Positions 18,693-27,938 of a DNA stretch of 64,000 bases are shown one piece after another (within the stretch, counting starts at the first letter, position 1; every line of letters starts with the position of its first letter). Location: sequence record KP869105. One strand, given 5' to 3'. This DNA comes from Escherichia coli O157 typing phage 7. A program made the translations under genes and the position numbers. Below the pieces are notes generated by a model. The model was not told the origin of the DNA. It saw only the letters and a program-made list of their open reading frames with translations, and searched no databases.

Positions 18693-20870
18693 TTAGGCCG
18701 CAAGGGCCTTCATAGTTTTAGCGATTTGGGAAACTTCATCATCACTTAAAGAATTGCGATAACCGATGAAGTCGGAAACAATACGGAATTTCTTGGTAAA
18801 CTCAGCAACCATTTTATCACTGTTTTTTGAAGCATTATTTGATAATACATCAAAAAGATTAGTTACCGTCCAGATGTCATGACCGATGGTATCTTTTCCA
18901 CCATTAAAATATACACCGCGCAATGAACTAACTATATTAGCGAGTCGTGTATATTCTTCAGAAACTTCATCTGTACTGAAGTACTTCATCATAAAATCTA
19001 GCTCAGGATACTTGATAATTTTATCAATATATCGTTGAGCTGAACTTGAATAACCTACATACTTATCATAATCTACATCATCAAAAGCATCTACATATAA
19101 ATCACGCAAAGCTTCAAAAATACATTGGCACTGACCGAGTTCTTTTACCTTTTTCTGTAAAAGCGGACGAATAACATAAAATTCATTAATGCCAATAAGA
19201 TTAGCCATACGAATCAAAATATTCATAGATGGATGACAAAGTGATGTAGTACCATCCATAGAGAAAATATCAGAACGATGCATATACGCTACATAACCAG
19301 TAATTTCATCTGCTTCTGACGTAAGTGTAAATAGTTCCTCTTTTTCCCAACGCCCATCTTTAATTTCAAATTTAAATGCTGTAGCAGCTTTAGGACGAGG
19401 AGCTTTACTTTTAACTACCTTTGGAATATAGCTTTTAACTAAAGTTTCAATTTCTGACAGATAATGAATGTTAACTTCATCACTTTCAAACATTGCCATA
19501 ATATCAGGTAGTAAATCAATCTGCGATTCTACTTCCGGATTAATAAACAGAAGACGCTCATTGTGATGAATATTCAAAGTGTTATTAAATTCACTATCAT
19601 CTAGCGCATGTGCTAATCCACGGACAATATTAACACGATTTTTAATATTATCAATAACGATATTAATTTTTGTTGTATTAATACCAAACAGACGATAACT
19701 TGATGCAACGGCTGAAGTTTCATGACTTTGCTTAATGCGTTTCAGTCGAGGGTCAAGATTTACTTCATACACCACGCCTGCATTACATAACTTACTGTCA
19801 GGTTCAAACATGCTCTGCATCTTTTTATATGACAGATTTTTAGTCGTGAATTTGACTGAATTACTAATCATATAATCTCGAGCAGAATACCCCATCTTCA
19901 TCAATTCACGATATGTGTGACGGGGAGATGTAGATTCTTTAAATCGTTTTACATCTTCATTAAATGCTTTCTCACTAAGCTCTTTAACTCGTTCAATAAT
20001 ATTTTTACGAGTACGATCATCCAATGAAAGAGCTTCACGTGATGGAGCAATATCAAGTGAACCCATTGGAAACTTAATGTAATTCACTTCATTGCGAATG
20101 CTTAGCCAGTTACGGTCTCTAATAACGCCATCGATAGGATAAACAATACCGCCATAGATAGCATATAATCCACCACGATCAGGCCAGTATCTTTCTGGAT
20201 TTACACCGTAATAATCATCAAAATCCGGAAAATAATCAATTTCACGGTCAAGACCATTAATAATAGCCAAATCTTTGAACGGTCGCATGATATAAGAAAC
20301 TTCATAAGCAAAGTTTCTAAAGTCTTTTTCTTCAACTGGAACTACGATTTCAATACCAGTTTTATCATCTGGACCCATTTCTTTTACGAATGTAGGTTTA
20401 ATCTGTGGGCCATCACCATCCATGTAAGCTACATAACCACGAATTTCACCTTTATGATACGAAGTAATACTAAACGTATCAGTATAACTAAACGGAGATT
20501 TAGAACCTAAACCAAATCCGCCAATGAAATCGTTAGATTCAGCCTTAGATGAACTGAAGTATGAATTATACAAACCAGGAGAATTATCATCACCCTGAAT
20601 ATCAAAATCACTCATACCCGGACCAAAATCTCGGCAAACAAATCGTGGATCTAAACGTCCAGGAACTTGAATGATAAATTTTTCAGGATTTCCATTGAGA
20701 GCATGGGCATCAATCATGTTGGTAATCAATTCACGAACAACTGCGCGAATTTTGTTTGTATACAAATCAGATGACAGAATTTTAAATACTTTAGGAGATG
20801 CTGTGATGCTAAATGCTTTTGATTTAGAACCATTACCAAGAATTGTTTCTTTTTCAGTGGTGATAATCAT
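18693..20870 (-). CDS. rIIA: rIIA protein (GHKL ATPase-like)
   Basis: 725-aa ORF, identical length to T4 rIIA; N-terminal ATPase motifs ([17 protein letters not shown]). Confidence 0.95.
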   Translation of the reverse strand: MIITTEKETILGNGSKSKAFSITASPKVFKILSSDLYTNKIRAVVRELITNMIDAHALNGNPEKFIIQVPGRLDPRFVCRDFGPGMSDFDIQGDDNSPGLYNSYFSSSKAESNDFIGGFGLGSKSPFSYTDTFSITSYHKGEIRGYVAYMDGDGPQIKPTFVKEMGPDDKTGIEIVVPVEEKDFRNFAYEVSYIMRPFKDLAIINGLDREIDYFPDFDDYYGVNPERYWPDRGGLYAIYGGIVYPIDGVIRDRNWLSIRNEVNYIKFPMGSLDIAPSREALSLDDRTRKNIIERVKELSEKAFNEDVKRFKESTSPRHTYRELMKMGYSARDYMISNSVKFTTKNLSYKKMQSMFEPDSKLCNAGVVYEVNLDPRLKRIKQSHETSAVASSYRLFGINTTKINIVIDNIKNRVNIVRGLAHALDDSEFNNTLNIHHNERLLFINPEVESQIDLLPDIMAMFESDEVNIHYLSEIETLVKSYIPKVVKSKAPRPKAATAFKFEIKDGRWEKEELFTLTSEADEITGYVAYMHRSDIFSMDGTTSLCHPSMNILIRMANLIGINEFYVIRPLLQKKVKELGQCQCIFEALRDLYVDAFDDVDYDKYVGYSSSAQRYIDKIIKYPELDFMMKYFSTDEVSEEYTRLANIVSSLRGVYFNGGKDTIGHDIWTVTNLFDVLSNNASKNSDKMVAEFTKKFRIVSDFIGYRNSLSDDEVSQIAKTMKALAA

Positions 20871-20880
20871 AATTTCCTCA

Positions 20881-21084
20881 TTAATTCATATTACGCTTAA
20901 TAACTTCAGCAACTTCTAGTAGTTCATCTTTAGTTGCGGTGTCGGATTGAATTTTATCTCTAATATCTTTAAAGCGGTTTTTAAATTCTTCGGCTTCTCC
21001 CATATCGAAAAAGCGTTGAATGATTCTATATTCTCGATGAACTGCTTTATCAAAAAGTTCTAAATTTACTTTATATGATTTCAT
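20881..21084 (-). CDS. Hypothetical protein (rIIA.1-like)
   Basis: 67-aa ORF directly upstream of rIIA with RBS. Confidence 0.6.
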   Translation of the reverse strand: MKSYKVNLELFDKAVHREYRIIQRFFDMGEAEEFKNRFKDIRDKIQSDTATKDELLEVAEVIKRNMN

Positions 21085-21109
21085 TCCAATATCCTCATTT
21101 GCCCAATTA

Positions 21110-21139
21110 ATTATACCACATCCTTGTGGTAAAGTAAAC
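21110..21139 (-). promoter_or_regulatory. T4-type early promoter upstream of rIIA.1/rIIA
   Basis: Minus strand GTTTAC-N18-TATAAT; -35 overlaps gene 39 stop codon. Confidence 0.6.
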
Positions 21140-22956
21140 TACTGGCTCATCCATTCTTTACGAAGGTCAGCATTATCTCCCATGAGCATTTCAAAAAGCT
21201 CTTTCCAGTTCTCAGGAAGTTTAACAACATCATATACTGGATTTTGAATCATCTCACGATATTCAGATTTTTCCAAAGAGCCAAGTCCCTTAATATAACG
21301 GATGCTATGTTTAGGTAGAGCATCTTTAGCACTCTCATATTCAGCGACTGTATAAAACCATTCTTGTTTTTTACCGACCTGGGCGATGATTACAGGAGTT
21401 TTGACAAAGCGAATTCGTCCTTGCTCAAACAATTCTGGCCAATTACTAAAAAATCCGAGCAGAGAAGGATAAATGCTTCCTAAACCATCATGGTCAGCAT
21501 CGGTCATAATAGCAATATTATGATAATTCAAGTTTTCAGCTTTTTCACCAAGAACTAATCCAGTGATTGCGCAAATATCAAATAGTTCTTTGTTTTTAAG
21601 CATATCAGCATATGACATACCCCAACTATTGAGAACTTTACCACGCAATGGATAACCACCGTGAAGTTCTTTATCACGAACATCAATAAGATATCCGATA
21701 GCCGAATCACCCTCAGTCAAGAAAAGAGTAGTATCAGCATCTTTACCGCAAAGATTCGCTTTGATATGTTTATGAACCTTAGCTTTAGAAGCCTTTTTAG
21801 CTGCTTTAGTTTCTGCTGCTTTTTCTGCCGCTAATTTACGAGCCAAGGCAGCTTCAATAATTGGCATTAAAATTGCTTCATTGTTTAAAATAGCGCGTGA
21901 AATCTTTTTAGCATCAAGTTGAATATGACTACGAATTTCACCAAATGGAGAAGTCAAACGCTCTTTAGTTTGAGAATCAAATCGCATGTTTTTCATATCA
22001 CGAACAAACATAACGATAGTCAAACATTCTTTAACACGTGCTTTAGTTACATCAATTTTGAACTTACGTTTGATTTGTGGAATAAGGTCTTCACAAATAT
22101 CATCCATAACACAGTCAATGTGATGGCCACCATTCTTAGTATGAATGTTATTGACGTACGTCAACTGACGAAAACCATCCGGTGAACGACCAACCGCAAT
22201 AGAACAATTTTCTTGTTCTTGAACGATAGCATGTTCATCATACTGTCGTGCATATTTCTTAAAATTGCCCTGAACCTTTTTACCATTAAAGGTAAATTGA
22301 ATATCAGGATAAACAACAGCAAGTGTCTGGAGACGATCTAATGTAATGTCAAGATAAACTTGGGACAGCTCATTAGTTTCAAATGACATAAAATCAGGAA
22401 TGAAAGTAACACGAGTTCCTTTCCATTTTCCAGGAATATCTTCCCATGATTTATTTTCCATGCCATTTGAACAACGAACTACAATATTATTTTGACCATC
22501 ACCAGTTTCACCAACAAACATCACAGAAAAAATGTTTGTCAAACTAGAACCAACACCGTTCATACCGCCAGTGACGCGTTCTTTATCATCACCGAAGTTA
22601 CCACCTGCTTTTGGAATAGTCCATGCGGCAACAGGACCAGGAATTTCTTCACCGGTAGGTGTTTTAACCATCGCTTGTGGAATACCACGACCGTTATCTT
22701 CAACTGTTACCTGATTATTTTTAATGGTAACATTAATTTTATTCGCGAATTTAAACTTAGTACGAATACCTTCATCGACTGAGTTATCGATAATTTCATC
22801 AATAAGCTTAACAAGACCAGGTACATACTGAACACTTTCCCATTTACCAAACAGAAAGCGCTCATGCATTTCATTAGCAGAAGAGCCAATATACATGCCG
22901 CTACGCTTTTTGATATGTTCAATATCGCTCAGAATTTTAATTTCATTCTTAATCAT
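21139..22956 (-). CDS. 39: DNA topoisomerase II large subunit gp39, uninterrupted (equivalent to T4 gp39 plus gp60)
   Basis: ORF track 606 aa (GTG) trimmed to ATG 22956 with GAGGA RBS giving 605 aa; GyrB-type ATPase N-terminus and TOPRIM/C-terminal region in one reading frame. Confidence 0.9.
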   Translation of the reverse strand: MIKNEIKILSDIEHIKKRSGMYIGSSANEMHERFLFGKWESVQYVPGLVKLIDEIIDNSVDEGIRTKFKFANKINVTIKNNQVTVEDNGRGIPQAMVKTPTGEEIPGPVAAWTIPKAGGNFGDDKERVTGGMNGVGSSLTNIFSVMFVGETGDGQNNIVVRCSNGMENKSWEDIPGKWKGTRVTFIPDFMSFETNELSQVYLDITLDRLQTLAVVYPDIQFTFNGKKVQGNFKKYARQYDEHAIVQEQENCSIAVGRSPDGFRQLTYVNNIHTKNGGHHIDCVMDDICEDLIPQIKRKFKIDVTKARVKECLTIVMFVRDMKNMRFDSQTKERLTSPFGEIRSHIQLDAKKISRAILNNEAILMPIIEAALARKLAAEKAAETKAAKKASKAKVHKHIKANLCGKDADTTLFLTEGDSAIGYLIDVRDKELHGGYPLRGKVLNSWGMSYADMLKNKELFDICAITGLVLGEKAENLNYHNIAIMTDADHDGLGSIYPSLLGFFSNWPELFEQGRIRFVKTPVIIAQVGKKQEWFYTVAEYESAKDALPKHSIRYIKGLGSLEKSEYREMIQNPVYDVVKLPENWKELFEMLMGDNADLRKEWMSQ

Positions 22957-22983
22957 CACTTATCCTCGTTTGGTTTCGGGAAT

Positions 22984-23009
22984 ATTATACTCCGGCAATC
23001 ATAAAGCTA
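22984..23009 (-). promoter_or_regulatory. Middle-promoter-like element (MotA-box AGCTTTA, 12-bp spacer, TATAAT) upstream of gene 39
   Basis: Minus strand TTAGCTTTATGATTGCCGGAGTATAAT; no GTTTAC -35. Confidence 0.45.
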
Positions 23010-23010
23010 A

Positions 23011-23024
23011 AGGCCCGAAGGCCT
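23011..23024 (-). terminator. Hairpin AGGCC-UUCG-GGCCU
   Basis: GC stem with tetraloop flanked by A/T runs. Confidence 0.4.
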
Positions 23025-23025
23025 T

Positions 23026-23295
23026 TTATTTAAAACGAATAGTTGAATCCTTAAAGAACAGCCCAGAACATACTGTTCCTTCTACTTTCTGCCCAGTAGG
23101 TCCAATAGCACGAAATCCAGTATGTTGGAAATCATTTTCAGAGCAACCGAACCAGTTATATCCAGTGATTTCAATATTCGTAAAACCACTCGATGATAAA
23201 ATTTTAGTTGCATTATCAGCATCAGTACATCCTACTAAAGATACTGCTAATACTAATGCTGCAATAGAACGATTAATATATTTCATAGTTTTCAC
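23026..23295 (-). CDS. Putative lipoprotein (signal peptide with LVGC lipobox)
   Basis: 89-aa ORF MKTMKYINRSIAALVLAVSLVGCTDA... Confidence 0.6.
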   Translation of the reverse strand: MKTMKYINRSIAALVLAVSLVGCTDADNATKILSSSGFTNIEITGYNWFGCSENDFQHTGFRAIGPTGQKVEGTVCSGLFFKDSTIRFK

Positions 23296-23666
23296 TTAAA
23301 TTTAATGGCTTGAAGGAGACTAATAATTCTCAAACGGCTTCTTTCATCTTTAACTGTAAAAGAAAGAGGGTCGCCAGATTTCATAGTGATAGTGCATTCA
23401 AAATCAAAATCTTCAGGAACTTCTTCGAAGAAGTCAAATTCTTCATCATAAATTAGAACTTCACTCCGCAGACTGTGAAGAATTTTTCCAGCATTTCTGC
23501 TAGTTGCTGTACTAATCATTGTAACATTATGACCTTTCATATCTTCAACGATAAATTCGCTTGTAGATATTACGGCATTAATAGAACCATTCCTATTACT
23601 AGCAGAAAGTAGATATTTCTTTTCTTCACCTTCGCGAACACGATATTTCTTACCGATTTTAAACAT
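23292..23666 (-). CDS. Hypothetical protein
   Basis: ORF track 23292..23672 (GTG) trimmed to ATG 23666. Confidence 0.55.
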   Translation of the reverse strand: MFKIGKKYRVREGEEKKYLLSASNRNGSINAVISTSEFIVEDMKGHNVTMISTATSRNAGKILHSLRSEVLIYDEEFDFFEEVPEDFDFECTITMKSGDPLSFTVKDERSRLRIISLLQAIKFK

Positions 23667-23668
23667 AA

Positions 23669-23845
23669 TCACCCTTTAAGTAAATCGTAAAAACCGCCAT
23701 TCACATGCTTAGGAGCAGAAGGCCGACGAGTAGACAAACGATGACATTTAGGGCAAACATCATTTTCTCGTTCAGAAATCTTTTTAATTTTTTCATATTC
23801 ATGCCCGCAATCTTCGGATTGGCATTTATAATCATACATTGGCAT
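23669..23845 (-). CDS. Small zinc-ribbon protein (FmdB-like, 58 aa)
   Basis: Manually translated MPMYDYKCQSEDCGHEYEKIKKISERENDVCPKCHRLSTRRPSAPKHVNGGFYDLLKG; CxxxxC...CxxC; below ORF-track cutoff. Confidence 0.5.
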   Translation of the reverse strand: MPMYDYKCQSEDCGHEYEKIKKISERENDVCPKCHRLSTRRPSAPKHVNGGFYDLLKG

Positions 23846-23847
23846 AA

Positions 23848-24291
23848 TTATTCCTTAAAGTGTGCTTTCAACATCTGATACAAAGACCATGCCTGTTCAT
23901 TATTTTCAATAGTAACTTTCATGACCGGGAATTCTGTGAAATCTTCTATTTGTTCTTGCTCTTTCTCTTCCTGCTCTTGCTCTTCAGCTGCCTGGTATGG
24001 ATTTTCCACTTCATCAAAGAACACGGCTTCACTCGTTGAAAGCCAGATAAAATCTTCATCCAAAATATCTTTACCAGAAGATAACGCCAATTTTCCACTA
24101 GATGTCACAAGTTTAGTAGGACGACCAAGATAGTCAATATCTGTAACTCTAAAAGGTTCCATACCAAGACGTCGTGCATAAATTCCGTTTTCAGTATGGT
24201 CCTTGATAAAATCTTCTTGAGCTTGTTTATTTTTAAATTGATACCATTTATTAACTTCAAATTTAATAGCCATTAATAAGTTTCCTTCCAA
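23848..24291 (-). CDS. Hypothetical acidic protein
   Basis: 147-aa ORF with [11 protein letters not shown] tract; true start may be internal. Confidence 0.55.
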   Translation of the reverse strand: MEGNLLMAIKFEVNKWYQFKNKQAQEDFIKDHTENGIYARRLGMEPFRVTDIDYLGRPTKLVTSSGKLALSSGKDILDEDFIWLSTSEAVFFDEVENPYQAAEEQEQEEKEQEQIEDFTEFPVMKVTIENNEQAWSLYQMLKAHFKE

Positions 24292-24545
24292 TAAGTTGTA
24301 CCATCTTCAGTAATTTCGCGAAACACACCATAAATTGGTTGTTTATCACCAACTTTTTCGTACACATAAACCGAAGTCAAGTGAGTAAACTTATTAGTAT
24401 GTTCCTTTTGAACTACTACAAGATTTGGATCAAATAATACATCTTCAAATTCGTCATTAGTGCAATTCTGAACAATTTTATGTTTCATTACAATTTCCTC
24501 ATTAATTGAACAGTGGAGCGATGCGTTTAAGAAGAGTAGCAGCAC
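24273..24545 (-). CDS. Hypothetical protein
   Basis: 90-aa ORF in track. Confidence 0.5.
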   Translation of the reverse strand: MLLLFLNASLHCSINEEIVMKHKIVQNCTNDEFEDVLFDPNLVVVQKEHTNKFTHLTSVYVYEKVGDKQPIYGVFREITEDGTTYWKETY

Positions 24546-24783
24546 CTTTAGCGAATTTTACATCATGAAAAACAGTTTCTTCTTCCGTTACAACACGAGC
24601 TTTAATGTTTTCACAATCCCAATTTTTGCGAACAATCTTCAAAAGCTGCAGTAAATCTTTACATTCAGCAATATCGATAACACATCCACGAGAATCTTCC
24701 ATTATCGCACGATAACCGTAAGCCATACCATAATCGTTAAAAGATTGCTCGATGATAATTAAGTTTTCCATTTTATTCTCCAA
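24502..24783 (-). CDS. Hypothetical protein
   Basis: 93-aa ORF; early-promoter-like element directly upstream (24791-24830). Confidence 0.55.
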   Translation of the reverse strand: MENKMENLIIIEQSFNDYGMAYGYRAIMEDSRGCVIDIAECKDLLQLLKIVRKNWDCENIKARVVTEEETVFHDVKFAKGAATLLKRIAPLFN

Positions 24784-24870
24784 GTTGTTTTCTGTATCAG
24801 TAGTTGATATTGATATAGTACCATAATCAACTACTGATGTATATAGTTTTATGAAAAAAAAATTTAAACT

Positions 24871-25362
24871 TTATGCATAGCGAGCTTTGCTGTAGTGTTT
24901 AATCCAACTTTCAGGAATGACTTTGTATGTTCCTAAAAATACCGCGTTGTATAACTTAACGCCATCTTCTACCCATTGATCAGTAATGTATGCACACATA
25001 GCGCGAGTACGGTTAACAACACCTTCCTCACCTTCAGTAAATTCAAACTCATAAGGAGCAACGAACTTGATAGCTTGACCGAGTTTCCACTTAAAGTCTA
25101 CACCTACATGCGAAGTATCAATCGTTTCAATTCCTTTAGCGGGAACAGCTTTCAAAAACGCAGGCTCAAGAAATTTCCATCGAACATAACCAAACTGAGG
25201 TTTAGACATTCCATCTTTAGGAATGATACGCACTTTTACTTCAGAATCTTCATCTTTAACACCATGTTTAAGCTGAATGCTTACGACTTCAACCAATTTT
25301 CCTGCTGCCTTAGAACGGGATTTATCAGATACACGAGCAATTTCACCGATATTAATATTCAT
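24871..25362 (-). CDS. Hypothetical protein sharing a C-terminal domain with adjacent ORF 25436-25936 (possible MotB-family)
   Basis: 163-aa ORF; C-terminal ITDQWVEDGVKLYNAVFLGTYKVIPESW aligns with VTDQWIEDGVELLNVVHAGEYSVVPRSA of neighbour. Confidence 0.6.
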   Translation of the reverse strand: MNINIGEIARVSDKSRSKAAGKLVEVVSIQLKHGVKDEDSEVKVRIIPKDGMSKPQFGYVRWKFLEPAFLKAVPAKGIETIDTSHVGVDFKWKLGQAIKFVAPYEFEFTEGEEGVVNRTRAMCAYITDQWVEDGVKLYNAVFLGTYKVIPESWIKHYSKARYA

Positions 25363-25405
25363 AATTATCTCTCACTTGTTAAAAAGATTTTATACTCCGC
25401 AGGAC

Positions 25406-25435
25406 CATTATACTCTGGTCCCAAGAGTTTGTAAA
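25406..25435 (-). promoter_or_regulatory. T4-type early promoter
   Basis: Minus strand GTTTAC-N18-TATAAT upstream of ORF 24871-25362. Confidence 0.6.
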
Positions 25436-25936
25436 CTAGCTTACACGAACATTAATCACTGCGCTGCGAGGAACTACAGAGTACTCTCCAGCATGAACTA
25501 CGTTCAGAAGTTCAACACCATCTTCAATCCACTGATCAGTTACCCAACCGCCAATCGGATTCGCGAATGGACGACGAATATAAACTGCCTTACACAACAA
25601 ATCAGTCGGGTCTTCAATTTTTTCAACTGGTGTTACATACATAGAAACTAAATCCATATCAATATGGGATTTTTCTTGTTCTTCTTTTTCAATTTCTGTC
25701 AATAAATTGAAATCTTCTTCATAGATGATGAATGATGATACCCTTCCATAATAGTTTCTAATTTCCATGTACACTGTACCAATGAGAATTCCGCTATTAA
25801 CACTAATAACAGTAAAAGGATATCCGCCAGTTGTACCAAGAAGTTCCCAAAACTTGCTATCAGTCGTATTCGACATTGTCTGGAAATCAATTTCAGATGG
25901 TTTTTTCATTTGATACGTAGTATTAATTTTAATCAT
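25436..25936 (-). CDS. Hypothetical protein, paralog of ORF 24871-25362 (shared C-terminal domain)
   Basis: 166-aa ORF; see C-terminal alignment. Confidence 0.6.
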   Translation of the reverse strand: MIKINTTYQMKKPSEIDFQTMSNTTDSKFWELLGTTGGYPFTVISVNSGILIGTVYMEIRNYYGRVSSFIIYEEDFNLLTEIEKEEQEKSHIDMDLVSMYVTPVEKIEDPTDLLCKAVYIRRPFANPIGGWVTDQWIEDGVELLNVVHAGEYSVVPRSAVINVRVS

Positions 25937-25945
25937 AATTTTCCT

Positions 25946-26458
25946 TTAATCTAAGGTAATAAAGCCTTTTAATTCGGCATGCGATTTGCGAAACATTACT
26001 TGATGCCCACCAATGATAACTTGATCATCTGGCACTTCATAAATCGCAATGTACATTCCACGATCTTTTAAGTCTTCACGCTCTTCTCGAGTAAACCATC
26101 TCATTATATCATATTCACTAGCGAAAGCAAAATGATATAATGCAATAAACCACAATGGAATATAATTTTCAATTCGTGAATAATCTTTATTCCATTTAGT
26201 TTTAATAGCATCATTAGCATTTTCAACTAATAACTTATCATCGTGTGGAATAGGAATACTTTCATGACTTTCATAATCATTGCTATGATGATGAAATGAT
26301 GATGAATTAATACCGCAAAATTTTAGCCAAGTTCGAGTTTTCATAGAATCAAATCCACGATAAGGAGTTGATTGAACACATAACTCTTGCCTAATTTTCA
26401 TTATACCACTATCATCATTTAATGCGCTAAACGATGATTCAACACGATAAATTTTCAT
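25946..26458 (-). CDS. Hypothetical protein
   Basis: ORF track 25946..26497 trimmed to ATG 26458 (MKIYRVESSF...) preceded by GAGGATAATAAA. Confidence 0.55.
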   Translation of the reverse strand: MKIYRVESSFSALNDDSGIMKIRQELCVQSTPYRGFDSMKTRTWLKFCGINSSSFHHHSNDYESHESIPIPHDDKLLVENANDAIKTKWNKDYSRIENYIPLWFIALYHFAFASEYDIMRWFTREEREDLKDRGMYIAIYEVPDDQVIIGGHQVMFRKSHAELKGFITLD

Positions 26459-26485
26459 TTTATTATCCTCAGTAGCTATGGTGTT

Positions 26486-26515
26486 ATAATACCACAACTA
26501 ACCGAGGAAGTAAAC
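26486..26515 (-). promoter_or_regulatory. T4-type early promoter
   Basis: Minus strand GTTTAC-N18-TATTAT. Confidence 0.55.
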
Positions 26516-26521
26516 AACTTT

Positions 26522-27205
26522 TTATCGTTTAGTTGGAAGAGATAGAGGATCGCATTCTTCCTCTGATGGAGCGTCTTCAAGACCCATAGCATAGCGCAAA
26601 GCATACTTCATCATCAGGATGTCTTTCGCACAGTCATGAATAGAATCATGTGCAACGAATCCATCTAAAGTTCCCTTTGGAAGAGGACATGTGGTCATAT
26701 CACGAACAAGTAGAAGTGCTTCAATTCTGGTACGAATATCACGCTGATTCCAGAATTTACACGGTTCTAACTTAAATGTATCAAGCTCATTCTCGGAAAC
26801 GCCATTAAGACGTTGAATATCGCGAATGAGATCGACTAAAATTGGAAAATCAAACGACATTCCACGGCACCAGCCTTGAGATTTCCAAGGATCGATATTA
26901 TGTGCATTGATGTAATCGTTGAATTTTGCAATACCATCAATGGTGCTTACATCTTCATCGGATGGTGCAATATTTTTTCGAGCTTCAGGAGACTGATTTT
27001 TCCACCATTCGATAGTGCTTTTAGTAAAAAGACGATGTCCTTTTTGGCTTTTTAAATCAAATTTGATTTTAATGCCACGTGAAACTAATTCATCAAATGT
27101 TTCAACAACTTCTGGGTTAGGGTCAAAGGCAATAACAGCCAAATCAATAACCGCTGCTTTTTCACCGCTTCCCATTGTTTCAAAATCTATAATAAAATCA
27201 AACAT
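26522..27205 (-). CDS. dexA: Exonuclease A DexA (DEDDh 3'-5' exonuclease)
   Basis: 227-aa ORF, same length as T4 DexA; N-terminal FDFIIDFETMG exonuclease motif. Confidence 0.85.
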   Translation of the reverse strand: MFDFIIDFETMGSGEKAAVIDLAVIAFDPNPEVVETFDELVSRGIKIKFDLKSQKGHRLFTKSTIEWWKNQSPEARKNIAPSDEDVSTIDGIAKFNDYINAHNIDPWKSQGWCRGMSFDFPILVDLIRDIQRLNGVSENELDTFKLEPCKFWNQRDIRTRIEALLLVRDMTTCPLPKGTLDGFVAHDSIHDCAKDILMMKYALRYAMGLEDAPSEEECDPLSLPTKR

Positions 27206-27447
27206 TAAATTTTCCTTGCTAAATCGCGAATTTGACCTACAGTATAGTCTTGAATATAAACTTTATTAATAGGTTCATCAATAAATTTTGCCATAGATTC
27301 AATATCTTTTTGCATCTCTTCAAGACTGTATATTATCTTTAAAGCTTTTTCGCGAATAGTAATATTTTCAGGACCCTGATTTTCTTCAATGACAGCTTTA
27401 ACATTTGTCATAAGAGATTTAAACTGGTACCAACTCAATTCAATCAT
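27205..27447 (-). CDS. Hypothetical protein (80 aa)
   Basis: ORF in track; weakly similar to next ORF (LEEMQKDIESMAKF vs LEEIERDLIALEFF). Confidence 0.5.
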   Translation of the reverse strand: MIELSWYQFKSLMTNVKAVIEENQGPENITIREKALKIIYSLEEMQKDIESMAKFIDEPINKVYIQDYTVGQIRDLARKI

Positions 27448-27700
27448 TAATAATCGCCTTATAAAGATAGCTAATTTCGCCTAAAATATAATCATTGATT
27501 GTAACAGTTTTCACTTCACCACAAAAGAATTCTAACGCAATTAAATCTCGTTCAATTTCTTCTAATTGAAGCATTAACTTTCCAGATTCAATTTTTACAG
27601 TTTCACGATTTTTACCATGAGCAATTTCATAAATTTCGCTAACTTTATCCTGAAGAAGATAAAACTGATCTTTAGTTATTTCCACGAATAGCTTCCTCAA
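27440..27700 (-). CDS. Hypothetical protein (86 aa)
   Basis: ORF in track. Confidence 0.5.
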   Translation of the reverse strand: MRKLFVEITKDQFYLLQDKVSEIYEIAHGKNRETVKIESGKLMLQLEEIERDLIALEFFCGEVKTVTINDYILGEISYLYKAIIND

Positions 27701-27932
27701 ATTTAATTAGTAATTTACAGACACTTTCATCTAGTGTAATTACCGTATCTGTATTACTGTGATATGATTGTTTTTCAATTCGTTTAATTGCTAATATAGT
27801 ATCACTTATAAGATAAAGCTTATGAAGGAGCTCAGCTCCTGTTATCATAACATTAAGATTATCTTGCTTATTAGTATGCTTCCTTATACCATCTATTAGA
27901 CGATTTAAATATTTTGAATTGATGTTAATCAT
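27672..27932 (-). CDS. Hypothetical protein (86 aa)
   Basis: ORF in track. Confidence 0.5.
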   Translation of the reverse strand: MININSKYLNRLIDGIRKHTNKQDNLNVMITGAELLHKLYLISDTILAIKRIEKQSYHSNTDTVITLDESVCKLLIKFEEAIRGNN

Positions 27933-27938
27933 ATATCC

